Source: Octopus sinensis
Taxonomy: Eukaryota
Length of the DNA: 64,000 nt
NCBI RefSeq assembly: GCF_006345805.1
Contig: NC_043007.1
Location: forward strand, 6,262,001 to 6,326,000
Direction: 5' to 3'
Made by a program: the position numbers and the translations under genes. This document shows positions 1 to 12,964 of the stretch, piece after piece (the stretch's first letter is position 1; each line of letters opens with the position of its first letter). The notes below the pieces were generated by a model, which saw nothing but the letters and a program-made list of their open reading frames with translations, did not search any database and was not told the origin of the DNA.

Positions 1-124
1 GTATTTAATGTTTGATGTTCAAGTAATCTTCATCTTGGCGAATAATCTCAATCATCTTAATAAAAACTGATGTAGAGTCAAAATACTCTTCTTTTCTACT
101 AAAGGCATAAAAAAGTGTGAAACT

Positions 125-247
125 TCGACACCGAAAGGATGAAAGACAAAGTCAATTGTGGCGGAATTTTAACTCAGTTCGTAGAGACGGACGAAATTTC
201 GTTAAGCATTTTGTCCGGAGTGTTAACTATTCTGCCAGCTCGTTACC
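125..247 (-). mobile_element. Degraded copy of the Meta-domain-like SINE (family A)
   Basis: Reverse complement matches the 5' half of the intact copies at 14161 and 53905 (gagctggcagaa...ttcaaattccgcc...ctttcatcctttcgg) with many substitutions. Confidence 0.7.
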
Positions 248-294
248 TTGACAAATAAAATGAAAGTTAAAGGTTGTGCCACATCGTTCGCTCT

Positions 295-332
295 TGCTCT
301 CTCTCTCTCCCTCTCTCTTTCTCCACATATAT

Positions 333-365
<33 letters not shown>

Positions 366-388
366 GTGTATGTATGTATGTATGTATG

Positions 389-430
<42 letters not shown>
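295..430. repeat. Compound (CT)n/(TA)n/(TATG)n microsatellite
   Basis: Directly visible; source of ORFs 223..519, 248..454 and 274..492. Confidence 0.97.
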
Positions 431-432
<2 letters not shown>

Positions 433-644
433 GTTACTTGCTTCAGTCATTTGACTGTGACTGTGCTTGGACACAACATTGATGGATTTTAGTAGCAGAA
501 CAAATCGAATTGAGTACATTTTCTTGTTTATATAGGCCTAGGACTTATATAAGCATCGTTTGTCAGGATGTGGTGGTGTTAAAGAAACTCTCTCACGCTC
601 TCTCCTACGCACCCCACAGATAGATACACATATACTTACAAATA

Positions 645-845
645 TCATTATCATCATCATCATCATCATCATCATTTAACGTCCGTTTTCCATGCTGGCA
701 TGGTTTGGAACTGGCAAGGTCAGGGGCCGCACCAGATTTCCTAGTGTGCTTTGAGTTGGTTTCTAAGGTTGGATGCGCTTCGTAAGTGTATTAGCTGCTT
801 TATACGTGGCACCATCTCTGAAACCAATGCTTTTTACGCAGCGCC
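645..845 (-). mobile_element. 3' part of the family-D SINE-like repeat with (GAT)n tail
   Basis: Reverse complement resembles 36180-36375 (ggtggcacgtaaaa...catgccagcatggaaaacggacgttaaatgatgatgat). Confidence 0.7.
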
Positions 846-884
846 TTCATTTATGGTGGGCAGATCTTCTTAAGTACAGCAATG

Positions 885-1020
885 CGATGGGCTACTTTCA
901 GTTTTCGTCTACGATATCCACTCACATGAGCTTGGTCAGCCCAGAGGTATAGTTAGAAGAGAAACTGAACTCGGAACCATTTAGCTGGGAAGGAAGCAAG
1001 CTTCTTACAACACTATCATT
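885..1020 (-). mobile_element. Degraded 5' half of the CORE-like SINE (family B)
   Basis: Reverse complement resembles 52885-53030 (taagaagcttgcttccc...ggttccgagttcagt...gtagacgaaaactgaaagtagccc). Confidence 0.65.
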
Positions 1021-1053
1021 CTTGTTCATGTACACACACAGAGCCTGTATATG

Positions 1054-1131
<78 letters not shown>

Positions 1132-1151
1132 CATATATACATATATATATT

Positions 1152-2660
1152 TAAGGTGATTATCAACTCCTTATGCAGTGTCTGACCCCTTCTTATACTT
1201 ACACATGAAACCCATCATGGTGTCTGATATGGTTTTTTAAACTGGTCATTGCATTGAAAAGACACCCACATAGATTGCAAATCCGATTTGGATCACCAAG
1301 AGATGCAATTAAGTTCCGATCTTTGTGGATCTTAAAATGTCATTTGAAGCCTTCGTTAGATTTGCAGACCTTATGGCATACAGAGTACTGGAAAGTGTGC
1401 ACAGATATATAGGTAGAATAGTTGGTAGAGGTTCATTTTCCATGGGTCCGCAAATGAGGTTTGAACTAAGTAAAAGAAACACGTGGTCTGTCACAAACTG
1501 TGAGCATAAAAAGGTCATTGTGATTCACCTTCTCAATCGCAACATTCTTCTTTAAATTTCTCTCGAGTCTTGTATGCTTTATCCTGGCCTCATCGAAAGC
1601 TTTCATTCCGCTGCACACTTTTGTTCGCCATCCATCTCGATCCGAAGCAAGGGTTTCTATGTCCTCTGCATCCATTCCACCTGACTTCGTTTTAGTCCTT
1701 ATGCCGTATTTAAACCCCTTTTAAAGTTTTCACTGATAGCATACTCCCCACCCTGCAATCTCGCCATAAAACAGCTGTTTGGGAGTGCGTTCATCCGCCA
1801 TTCGAACAATATGGCCACACCATCTCATTTAGTTTTTCAGAATCATTACTTTAATTGAAGTGATACCTGCAAACCCAATAAAAACATCTGTGCTTGGATT
1901 TAAAAAAAACAAACTCCATTTAATGTTTAAAATGCGATAAAGGCATTTTTGGAGGAATTGTCTTTCATAACACGTCCATGTTTCAAGAGAATACAACAGG
2001 GATGGATTAGCAAACGATTTGTAAAGAGCCAATTTTGTGTTGTGATTTATCTGTCGTTAGCGCCAAACGCGTGACCTCAAACCACCAAATGCTTGAATTC
2101 GTAGATATATTTCTGTGTGCAGATTTCCATCACTTTGTACAGAGCTTCCAAAGTAGATGAAGGAATCAAGAACCTGAAGTAACTTACCCTTATCAAAAAT
2201 TTTAGTGGGGTTGCAAACAGCACCATGTGCAGGCTGATACATTACAGCTGGGTTTTTTTCAAGTTGATGGTCAAGCCAAAATCATCACAAACTGAGTCAA
2301 ATGCAGATAAAGAGATTGCAGACCTGTTTCAGAATGACTGACAAGATCGCAATCATCAGCGAATTAGCGTTCCCTAATGAGTGAAGTAAAAACCTTTGTT
2401 TTGAATTTCCGTCTGGTCAGATTAAAATCATTCCCTGTTGTTTAGTATTTTATGTAAATACCCTCCTGTGAGTTTTGAAAACCGTGCGACAGCACAACAG
2501 CAAAGTATATTTCAAAGAGGGTGGGTGCATCGTGGCCTCCTTGCTTTACTCCATCTTCCACGGTAAAAGATTCAGAGAGTCTACGACCACAACAACACTA
2601 GCTTTCATATCTTCTAGAGTAAGTTACAAGTGCATTTTTAGGTTTCTGCCCCAACATTCA
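1152..2660 (-). mobile_element. 5'-truncated, decayed RTE/BovB-type LINE (RT C-terminal half to 3' end), ending next to a (TA)n run
   Basis: Minus-strand translation gives FTVEDGVKQG..APTLF (about 2510-2560), FADDC (2349-2363), FGLTINLKKT, FIYFGSSVQSDGNL..EIYLRIQAFGGLRSRVW, SLLYSLETWTCY..CLYRILNIKW, DIETLASDRDGWR; these are established RTE-clade RT motifs. Several stops and frameshifts are present. Confidence 0.92.
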
Positions 2661-3384
2661 ATTATTTTTTAAAGGTTTGGTGTACAAGAAGTACGTGTGC
2701 AGATGAATAATTTTCAGTGGGTGTAGCTTGCATTGAAACTACTCCCGCCTATAGGTACAGGAAAAACTTTCAACGATATGACATGAAAATTGACAAAACC
2801 GGGAACTTCCAAGGTTTCAAGTTTTATTTTCGAGATTTCCTTCTCCTAGGCTGATTATCAACCAAGATTAAAGAGCTTGTACTTTTCCATGAGGTAATCT
2901 CGTACCAGACACCAAATCAACACCCAAACGCTCTCTTAAGTGATCAAAAATCATTCCGCCGTCCGACACGGACTAGCTCGTTCATGCATAAAAAATGTAA
3001 GATATATGATTTAAAAATATAAGATTTGAATATATATTTAATTAAAAGGTATATAATATAAACATATAAATAAAATAAGAAGTCGCAAATGGTAGTTATA
3101 CGGCTGTGGATACTCCTAATTGTTGAGATAAGGTTGAAGGTAGAACGAAAGCGAACATCTTGGGGACGTCTTTTTTGTTATCTTTGAACCAATCTTTTCA
3201 CTTCAAAAGGTGTTGTGTATCTTGATTGATAAGGAAAATGTGTTACAGTTGAATGCTGTGCTATGTAGACAGCTAATCTCTTCCTATTGGCAAACTTTTC
3301 CACAAAGCTGCAATTTATAAGATTTGGGAAAGAAATTTAACTACAAAATAAATGACACTTCGATAAAAACTAAAAGAAGATGAG

Positions 3385-3580
3385 GCCTGTACGCGGTCTC
3401 TAAATCTACTAGAAATAACAACCAAATTTCTCACAAAAAACACTATTTTATGTTAAAGAAAATATTTTAAATAATGTAATGCAAGATAAACTATGACAAA
3501 AAGTGCAGCATGGTCACGGCTAGAGTATATGTCGGCGAAGTCTACTCAATCAAAGCTGACAGGAGGCTAAGCAAGAACAA
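3385..3580 (+). repeat. Dispersed degraded repeat (family E); related copies near 12690-13020, 13885-14070, 43380-43530 (+) and 26050-26240 (-)
   Basis: Shared motifs ctgctagaa(a/g)tagcagccaaat... and ...ctactc(a/g)atca(a/g)agctga...acaac seen at several positions. Confidence 0.5.
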
Positions 3581-4545
3581 CTTTGAAATATGTTCATTCA
3601 ATTGAAAGATAAGAAAAACTTGAATCAAAGAATACTTTAATCACAGGATTCTGTTCCGTCCTTATTAGTCACCTCTTACACAAAACTTTGAATCACTAAA
3701 AAATTTATCTGTCACTATTTTCGTTTCGCTTATTTGTCTGATTGATTGATTGGGTTTCTGTTATGATAAATCAGAAATTCTTGAAGATACGAAATAAAAT
3801 CAGACATTTCTCAATGACTTCTAAAGAACATTAAAATTTGATCTCTCTTTTGTTCTGTCTTTTTGTTTTGTCACTCTTCAGTTGCTTTTTTTCAAAATGG
3901 TGAGATGTTACAAAATTATACGGCAATAAATATGAAACTCAACTTTATTTATATGTCTTCCTGAAATAAAGTTTATTTGTAAAGCGTATCATTATATTAG
4001 GTAAAGTCAGCGGATTGGGAGAATGTGGAAGAGTAAAAAAATAAAATTGCTGTGTGATTGTAAGCTATGTTTATTTTTAATTTCAGATTTTAAACCCAAC
4101 GAGGGCGAACTATGATTTCCGTCCAGCTTGAATGATAAAATAAGCTCCGGCCAGAAAGCAATCGATTTTCTAAATTGATCGCTCCATATTTTCTATGTTT
4201 GCAACAACCGGTCGACGAAGGGACGGCTGGTGAATTAGTTTACAACGACAATAGCAGAGATAGTTTCTGTGATGTTTACAATACACCATTTTGTCTGTTA
4301 TAACCAGTCCAGGGACAGTGTGAGAAAGAATAATGATTAGAAACCAGGTTTTGATTGGAATTTAGTTATCGACCCCGGAAGCACGAATGGCAGAGTCGAA
4401 CTTGTTGGGATTTAAAATTTCATACATATTTGGTACAAATACCGTAATGCACTTTAATCGGACACATTAAACGACCCTATAATTTCGCCACTCTTTCCCC
4501 TACACTCTGTCTAGAATTACTGATGGGGTCCACAGGCATTGACCT

Positions 4546-4800
4546 TTGACCATACAAAGATTATCTTGGCGCGACAACATCTCGAATGAAGACATGTATA
4601 GGTCCGGGCTGGGGAGCTTACAGAAAAATATAAATGCGAGAAAGTGGAGGGTGGTTGGTCATATACTGTGTATAACTCTGAAGAGACCAAAGGGATTCCG
4701 TCTTAGGAGGCAAGGTAGATTGAGGATGACTAGCGAATAATGGCTTGATTGGCGGTAGTATTATTACAAAAGCTGACTGCCGTGCTGGATACTGATCTGT
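4546..4800 (+). mobile_element. Decayed LINE ORF2 3' fragment (RTE-like)
   Basis: ORF 4546..4740 reads RLSWRDNISNEDMY..INARKWRVVGHIL..KRPKG, matching the W-x-D-x-I-S-N-E-E and R-W-x-W-x-G-H motifs of RTE-type ORF2 C-termini. Confidence 0.7.
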
Positions 4801-5480
4801 CGTCACTCCATATTCCTCGGAGAGCTCGCAGAATTTAGACCAATGCCCTAAATTCGTAGCTTTGTGCTAATATTAGAAATGTCTATCATAATAAATTAGA
4901 AGAGTGGACAAAAGGAATGGATGTCTTAACATCACGCGTTTATTTTCCGAAAGGTTTCTATGTGATCAAGTCCCCTGAGACTGATAAAATAAGTACCACC
5001 TGTAATCTATAGTGGTACGATAAAATAAGTACCTGTAATATAGAGCGGTACGAATCTCTGATATGCTTAATGGCTTTTTCCGAATTGTATAGATCAATAT
5101 TAATAAACCATAAAAATGTAATAAAAGAAGTATGCTAAACGGTAGGACTCTAGACGAAAAACAGTGCAGTATTTTACACTGGATATTTTATATTTTAAGA
5201 TCAATTCTAATGGATTCGAATTCACATTTTATCAGAATATATTTTACCTACGTACATAATTTGTTTCCGTGGTCTATACTGGATCCATACATTTCAGATT
5301 CGTATGAATGGAAGAAGTTAATATGCTCATTTTAGTTCAGTAGCAGACGAAGTTGAGACAGAACATCACTGGACGAAATATATACAACAGGAATTAATTT
5401 TTAACCCCATACACGCCGAGTTTAGATTCCACCGGAATGTTGTCTAGTTCTCTACCTTCTATGGTTTTTAAAAATGAGTG

Positions 5481-5867
5481 CTCTTGCTGCTGTTGCTGTT
5501 GAGCGAACGGTCTTCGTCCCAGAACTCGCAAGATGGGAGAAGTCCGAAACGTGGTCCTTTGCTATTCGTAAGACCCGCAGAAGAGAAAGCAGGTCAACCC
5601 CCGACACCGAGAGCATCGACGGATGGATGAATGCGCATCCAGGCTCAGCGGTTGCGTAGGAAGTCGGGGACGAGAAACAGGAAGAAAGAGAGAGAGAAAG
5701 TTGGGGCGAAAGAGTACAACAGGGGTCGCCACCACCCCTGCCGGAGCCTTGTGGAGCTTTAAGTATTTTCGCTCAATAAACGCACACAACGCCCGGTCTG
5801 GGAATCGAAACCGCGATCCTCCGACCGCGAGTCCGCTGCCCTAACCATTAGGTAATCGCGCCTCCAC
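5481..5867 (-). mobile_element. Full-length tRNA-derived SINE, family C tail type 1
   Basis: Near-identical in reverse orientation to 46886-47255; A box tggcccagtgg-like, B box ggtttcgattcc, (CAG/CAA) tail. Confidence 0.92.
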
Positions 5868-6269
5868 TACTGTTGCTGCTGCTGGTATTTCGGTCCCTAA
5901 ACGAAGTGGCTTATGGGTAAAAACATTCAAATGAGCATTATTTTTGTATACTTAAGAATGCATTGTCAGAAGTTTCCATTCTTCTTTAAGTCGACTAGAT
6001 TAGATTTGAAGTATATTTGGATGTCGGGTCCAGCAGGTGAAGCAACGACGCAGCGGCGGCCTTATTCTAGGATTATTCGACTATAATCCCAACACACTGT
6101 AAAACAGAGAAATATTTCTTGTAGCGTAATATAAATATGTATTTAGAGTTGCTGTGAAATTGATCCCCTTGAATATTTGTCATTCAGCTTCAGCTCAGAA
6201 TTAAACGATCTGATTCGCTGAGCTTCCTCCTCTAAGTAAGGTGCGCTTACCATTGCCAGTATGCAGTCA

Positions 6270-6547
6270 GTTGTTCTTTGTTCCTTCTCGAGCCATTCCT
6301 GGCTCATACGGGCCGGTTCCCTGGTCTCATTGGCAAATAGGCTTCTCCACTTTGATGGGACGCCGATGCATGAGGAAAGAGTGAGAGAAAGTTCTGGCGA
6401 AAGAGTCAGCAGAAGCATTACCTCTTGCCGGAGCCGCGTGGAGCTTGGGTATTTTCATAAACAGACACATCGCCCGGTCTGAGCTTTGAAACCGCGAACC
6501 CTCGACCGCGAATCCGTTGTTCTAATCACTAGGACATGTACCACCAC
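6270..6547 (-). mobile_element. Older tRNA-derived SINE, family C tail type 4
   Basis: Head and body resemble 5680-5867; the 3' part (catgcatcggcgtcccatc...atgagccaggaatggctcgagaaggaacaaagaacaac) differs from the other copies. Confidence 0.8.
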
Positions 6548-7006
6548 CAAATAAGTTGTGCTTGGTACAATTTTTTTTCTTTTAGGTACCAACGTTTTAT
6601 CTAGTATGAAAAGAATTTTGAATAAATTAAACTGAATGTATCAGAGTTTGGAAGTAAACTCGAACGTAGCATGCTACGGAATTGAGCCAAGCACATTAAG
6701 ACAAATTCTGCTGGAAATCAAGAATTATCCAAATTATATTGGATAGCGGTCAATTTTTATTCTCTTTTTATATATTACCATCGTTAAGTAGATGAATATC
6801 AACATTTCGTTTTATTGCCTCTATGTTATTTTGTTTGCGAAAACCAGTTAATTTGTCACGGATCGGAATATTCTCATTTTGTAAGTCTTACGCTTTAGAC
6901 AATTTATTCTTGACGTAAAAATAAAAAAGTAAAAAATAAAAACAAAGGAAAAATAAGAAAGTAAGAAGATAAAAGAGAAGACGGTTAACAGATTTGCGAG
7001 TTAAAT

Positions 7007-7182
7007 TCATTCCTGCTGGCATTTCCGTCTATTTGACATTCTTTTCTTTATATTCTTCTTCTTTAGTAGCATTAAGTCATCTTTCAATATAAAAATCCAG
7101 AAAATTTCCACCAAATCACCCATATATTTATGCCAGATCACGAATATCTGGTCTAATTCGTTGTCGTTATTGATCTCAAATC
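7007..7182 (-). CDS. Candidate terminal coding exon of an unidentified gene
   Basis: Strong acceptor (gagttttttttctttcag at 7183-7200). The phase-1 frame appears open for 57 codons: (G)FEINNDNELDQIFVIWH...GDLVEIFWIFILKDDLMLLKKKNIKKRMSNRRKCQQE*; the other two frames stop within 10 codons. No homology recognised. Confidence 0.35.
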
Positions 7183-8388
7183 CTGAAAGAAAAAAAACTC
7201 AGAAAAATAGACATAGAACCAAACTAGAGAAGTACAAAAAAACATCTAAAATATATGAACTCCTAAAATGAAGTAAATAAAATGAAATGATATAATCAGT
7301 GAAAATTGATAGATAAAAGTTGCGCTGTGATATGTTTTAGTTGTTGTAGTTGGTAACGAAGCCCGGAAATAGATAATTACTGTGATCTTGTTCTGCGGGA
7401 ATATATATATATAAAAAATATTATTGAAGCTTTCGTAATTAATAAAAAAAAAAAAAATAACATAAAATAAAATTTAAAAATATATGAAATAAAATAACAA
7501 GTCGAAATTCTTTCATATTTAATGAAATGAAGTTCTTCAAAAAGTAAGAATATTTGTAAAGAGTTCAATTTGAATGACTATTCGTCAAACTCGAAGTATT
7601 AATATTAAACAGATTTTATATATAGAGATGAGATGAGAAAAATCAGTACATTTTAGTGTCACTCTGAATAGTTCGAATCTACAGTGGTAAATGATGTATG
7701 ATGTCTGTGAATGGGTACTTTCAAGGACAATTTCAGGAAGAGGAGAGATGTATAAAATTCCAGTTAGAGGATTCATAAATGGTTATTGACTTTCGAGCGT
7801 AAAACCGTTGTTTTTTTTACCTTTCGTCGTTGTTGCTATGAAAACAGTAGGTCGTTATACTTTCCAGGAAGAACTAGAAGTTTGAACTGTATTATTTACG
7901 AATATTAACCAGTGTGGAGCCGTCCACGTGGGGGCTTGACATGCCATTAATATCACATTCAAAATACCCCTAAAATTACAATTCACTGTTTTAAAGATGG
8001 AATGACATGAATTGACTAATAAAGTTTTCGATATGAAAGATATAGCATGATTGCCGTTTGAAACATTTTGTCCATAGCTTAATCGATGAAGGTTGAAGCA
8101 CGTTTAAACAACATCAACTTCAACAAGAACACTAACAACACCAACTAAAAAAAAAGGAATCCCTGGGTTCTTTTCGTAAACTTTTTGGAATAAAAACATA
8201 ATCAAATTTTTGATCAGCAGTTCATTATATGATATAAATTGCACAGATAGCGAACTGAGAAAGTTTTCCCCAAAACTCATGCACACGCGTCAACTGTTGT
8301 ATATTATGTGCTAATAATGTTACTGTGGCACCAATGATAAGTGGACTATCATAAGTAGATTAACAAATATACATATACATATACATAC

Positions 8389-8428
<40 letters not shown>

Positions 8429-8480
8429 GGTGACCGGTAAATTCCACCACGGAAAATTCCCCCAGGTAAAATTCACCACA

Positions 8481-8602
<122 letters not shown>

Positions 8603-8911
8603 GTCATTTAGAAAGGTTCCAAAATGCTTTCCGCTCATCACTAAATTTGTGGAAACTATGCACTGTCCTTAAAGAATTGCACACATTCGACGTGGAGACT
8701 CAACAACAAGGAAAATGGGCCTATCAAAGTATTGATGCACGACTGAAGAAGCTAGTTCAGGAATATGAAAATGAAAACGCTCTGCAATTTTTAAGAAGTA
8801 TTGCACACAATTTATCTTAAGAATTTCTTTTTAAAAATAAATTAAACTTACTCATCCTAACTCTGCTTCACAAGTTACTCGCTGCTACTTTTTGTATCGT
8901 ATTGTTATAAT

Positions 8912-9294
8912 GTGGAGGCACAATGGCCCAGTGGTTAGGGCAGCGGACTCGCGGTCATAGGATCGCGGTTTCGATTCCCAGACCGGGCGTTGTGAGCGTT
9001 GTGAGCAAAAACACATAAAGCTCCACGAGACTCCGGCAGGGTGTGGTGGCGAACCCTGCTGTATTCTTTCGCCACAACTTTCTCGCACTCTTTCTTCCTG
9101 TTTCTGTTGTACTGGTATTTCGAAGGACCAGCCTTGTCGTACTCTTTATCACGCAGAATCTCCCCGAGAACTACGTTAAGGGTACTCGTGTCAATGGAGC
9201 GCTCAGCCACTTGCACGTTAATTTCACGAGCAGGCTGTTCTGTTGATCGGATCAACGGGAACCCTCGTAATCGTACCCGACGGTGTGCCAAGAT
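8912..9294 (+). mobile_element. Full-length tRNA-derived SINE, family C tail type 2, with 10-bp TSD
   Basis: Head gtggaggcacaatggcccagtggttagggcagcggactcgcggtc...ggtttcgattcc; TSD ttgttataat at 8902-8911 and 9295-9304. Confidence 0.92.
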
Positions 9295-9769
9295 TTGTTA
9301 TAATAAAATATGTGCTAAAATTTAATTTTTTCTTTCTTTATTCCGAATTATATTATTTTTGAAATTTTGTGATGAGCCTTTTTCATAGATTCTTGCTCTA
9401 TGGGAGTACATTAAAGTGATCCCATCTCAATTCAAGTAGATTATAAAGAGTATTTTCTATCTCACCTTCAGATGATTCTTCCTCTCTCTCTCTCTCTCTT
9501 CTTAAGACTTGAGAGATAGACAGATTAAATAACATAGGTATTGAACGACGGTCTAGAGAAACTGATCACGGTGATTATTAGCGGGTGGAATTTAGCATGG
9601 TGGAATGTACCGTTGTGGAATTATGGTGAAATTTATCTGGTTGAACTTACCTAGAACTATATATATATATAAATATATATATATATAATAAAGTGATTGT
9701 TTCTTATTAGGAACAAAATGTTTAATAGGACTGCTATAGGAGTGCTCAATTAAATGAGACAAATATATC

Positions 9770-10209
9770 AAACTATGGTTGCAGAGCAAACAAATCTAAG
9801 GTCATCCATCTAACATTTCATATCTCGAACATTTAATCACATGATGCTTTTTCTTTCACTTACAATATAGATGCATAAAATCACGGAAGATGAAACATAA
9901 TTCATTGATACAATCATATAAGAGAAATGTGTGAGTAGAGTCTATCGCGATTAAAAATTAATACTTTAGCGACTAAAAAATATATATCTTAATATTATAA
10001 CATCTAGAATAATAAATATATAAAAATATAAAGAAATATATAAATATATAAATATATAAAAATACATATATATAGGAAACATACAAATATATAATATATA
10101 AGGTAAGATAAAAGTTCATCGTTTAGAAAAAGGCATTATGTGATTAAATGTTCGAGATGTGATATGTTACGTGGATGACCTTATATTTATTTGCTCTGCA
10201 ACCATAGTT

Positions 10210-10210
<1 letters not shown>
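9770..10210. mobile_element. MITE-like element with about 85-bp terminal inverted repeats
   Basis: aaactatggttgcagagcaaacaaatctaaggtcatcc...tctcgaacatttaatcacat at 9770-9855 is the inverted match of 10125-10210 with few mismatches; interior is AT-rich and non-coding. Confidence 0.85.
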
Positions 10211-10255
<45 letters not shown>

Positions 10256-10489
10256 ATAATTAGTTATGATGCGGAAACAAGTGTATTTTACATAATGAAT
10301 AATGATTGGCATAGATTTGTTTATATTTAATAATTGTCTTCTTGTGTTTTCTAATTTCAGCATTTGTGTTAAGCCCTCCCAGGCATACTATAAAAGCATG
10401 ATACTTTCTACTATAGGCACAAGGCCTGAAATGTTGTAGGAAGGAACCAGACGATTATATCGGCACTTTATTTTCTTGGTCATAAATAG

Positions 10490-10600
10490 TATGAAAGACA
10501 AAGTCGACCTTGCTGGAATTCGAACCCAGATCCTAAGGACCCAAATATATCCCGCTAAGCATATTGCCAACGTGCTACCGATTCCACCAGCTCCGATCCT
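10490..10600 (-). mobile_element. Degraded family-A SINE fragment
   Basis: atgaaagacaaagtcgaccttgctggaattcgaaccc is the reverse complement of the family-A B-box and central domain. Confidence 0.6.
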
Positions 10601-10879
10601 TAATCTGTGGAAACATGGAAAAAATATCACTTCCATTTTCAATCAAAAGTTACATGAGGATATGATGCCACATTATTATTTGTCCATAACCGAAGCTGTA
10701 TTTATAGTCCCATAATTAAAAATCGGCTGTTAATTATAATTAACTGTTGCAGAAGATAACTAATTAGCAATCAAATGATAATTATAATTCACAGTCGATT
10801 GTTAATTAGTCAATTTCTGTGATAGTCTTTTAAACAGATTTCTCAAATCCTATATTTATTTATTCTACATATTTTTTTT

Positions 10880-11070
10880 AATTGTTTCCGTCATTGGAGT
10901 CAGGCCATTCTGGAGCACGACCTTGAACCGTTTCAGTCTTATCAAATCGAATCTCTACTAATTTAAGTCTGGTACTTCTTCAATCGGTTCTCCATTTGCC
11001 AAACAAATGGAAAACAGTAGCGTAAACACATCAAACATTTTTAATGCAACGAGAGACAGACACAAGTGCA
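10880..11070 (-). mobile_element. Degraded 3' half of the family-B SINE
   Basis: Resembles the reverse complement of 53090-53255 (gtttccgtcattggagtcaggccattctggagcacgacc). Confidence 0.55.
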
Positions 11071-11299
11071 CATACGTGCATACACTCACACATTTATGCA
11101 CATGCATTTATGTATGCATGTAACTACTAATATATGTATCTATATAAGCGCGTATATGTATGTATATATATGTATACGCGTATATATACATGCGTTCTGT
11201 GTGTATCCATAACATAAATTGTTGCATAAATACCTATATATCTATATGTGTGTCTGTGTACATAGTTAGGCACATCGACACAAGCACGCATACAAACGT

Positions 11300-11830
<531 letters not shown>

Positions 11831-12898
11831 TATATGTGTGTGTGTTCAAGTGAAATTGTATATAAAAGTAATGGAGCATAAAATTGAAGGAATGCTAAAT
11901 ACTTTTCTCTTCGACATATGTTTGTTAATGCTTTCAAAGAACAGATGACGGCGTCCTTAATGTTCCGGATTCCTCGCTTTCATTATATAGATTATAATGT
12001 ATAATCGTTTCTACTAGCGGCGCAAGAACTAGAATATTGAGGAAGTTGGTGAAGCAATCACATCGATTTCAGTGCTTATTTTCATCTACCACGAACCGCA
12101 GATTCAGCCTCGAGGAAATCTGAACTCTGAATTTCAAGCCGGACGAAATGCTACAAAGCATACTAACCATTCTACCAGGGTGCGTCGAACTAAATGGATA
12201 ATATAGACGGCGGTGCATCAGCATGGCCGCAGCTCTGAGCTGAAACTACAGAAAAAAGAGAAAACAAAATATTGAATATATTATTAAAAAAAAGAAGAAA
12301 AGGGAAATGTTTTTGCTCGTATTTATTCTATGTTACGCGTGTTTCATTTTCTGTCAAGAATCGCAAAGCTTTACGTGATATACAGACATGAAAGGAATTT
12401 AGTGAAATCGCCAGACAAAATTTTATAATGCCAAAATACATTTGGATGAAGCGTTTCTGTTTAGATATTAATCAGGAGCATCACTGGAAGTCCTCGTCAA
12501 AGAAATATGTTTATACATATTTGTGCAGACATACACACACACATACATAAACATATTCCCATAAATATGTACATGTGTACCCATTCATAACTTATATACA
12601 TACGCACAAATACACATATAAATATATACATACACATATATACATACAAATATAGATATATAGACATTCTCTTAAGATATATATATATAAAGCAGTCAAA
12701 TCTCCTTCAAATCAATCCTGTTTTCAAAAATGGCACATCCAATAATATGGCCTTGAGTTCCAATGAATATCAAAAGAGACAAAACGTTTACGGTTTGAAT
12801 AATTATGAACATACGTCCGCCTGATTAGAGTAAAACATCAGCAACGAATAGAAAAAGGACGAGAACTTACCTCTTACATTATGTATTTGCGTTTCCAG

Positions 12899-12964
<66 letters not shown>

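Noticed and set aside
8912-8985. tRNA-like sequence (also at 46886, 5800, 15385 and 52866)
   Set aside because: These are SINE heads: no complete acceptor stem, and they run into SINE bodies with tails and TSDs.
8935-9325. ORFs of 118 aa and 94 aa
   Set aside because: They lie within a SINE; the same peptide fragments recur at other SINE copies.
9640-9657. Consensus minus-strand donor AG|GTAAGT
   Set aside because: It is part of the MULE terminal motif array, with only (TA)n upstream.
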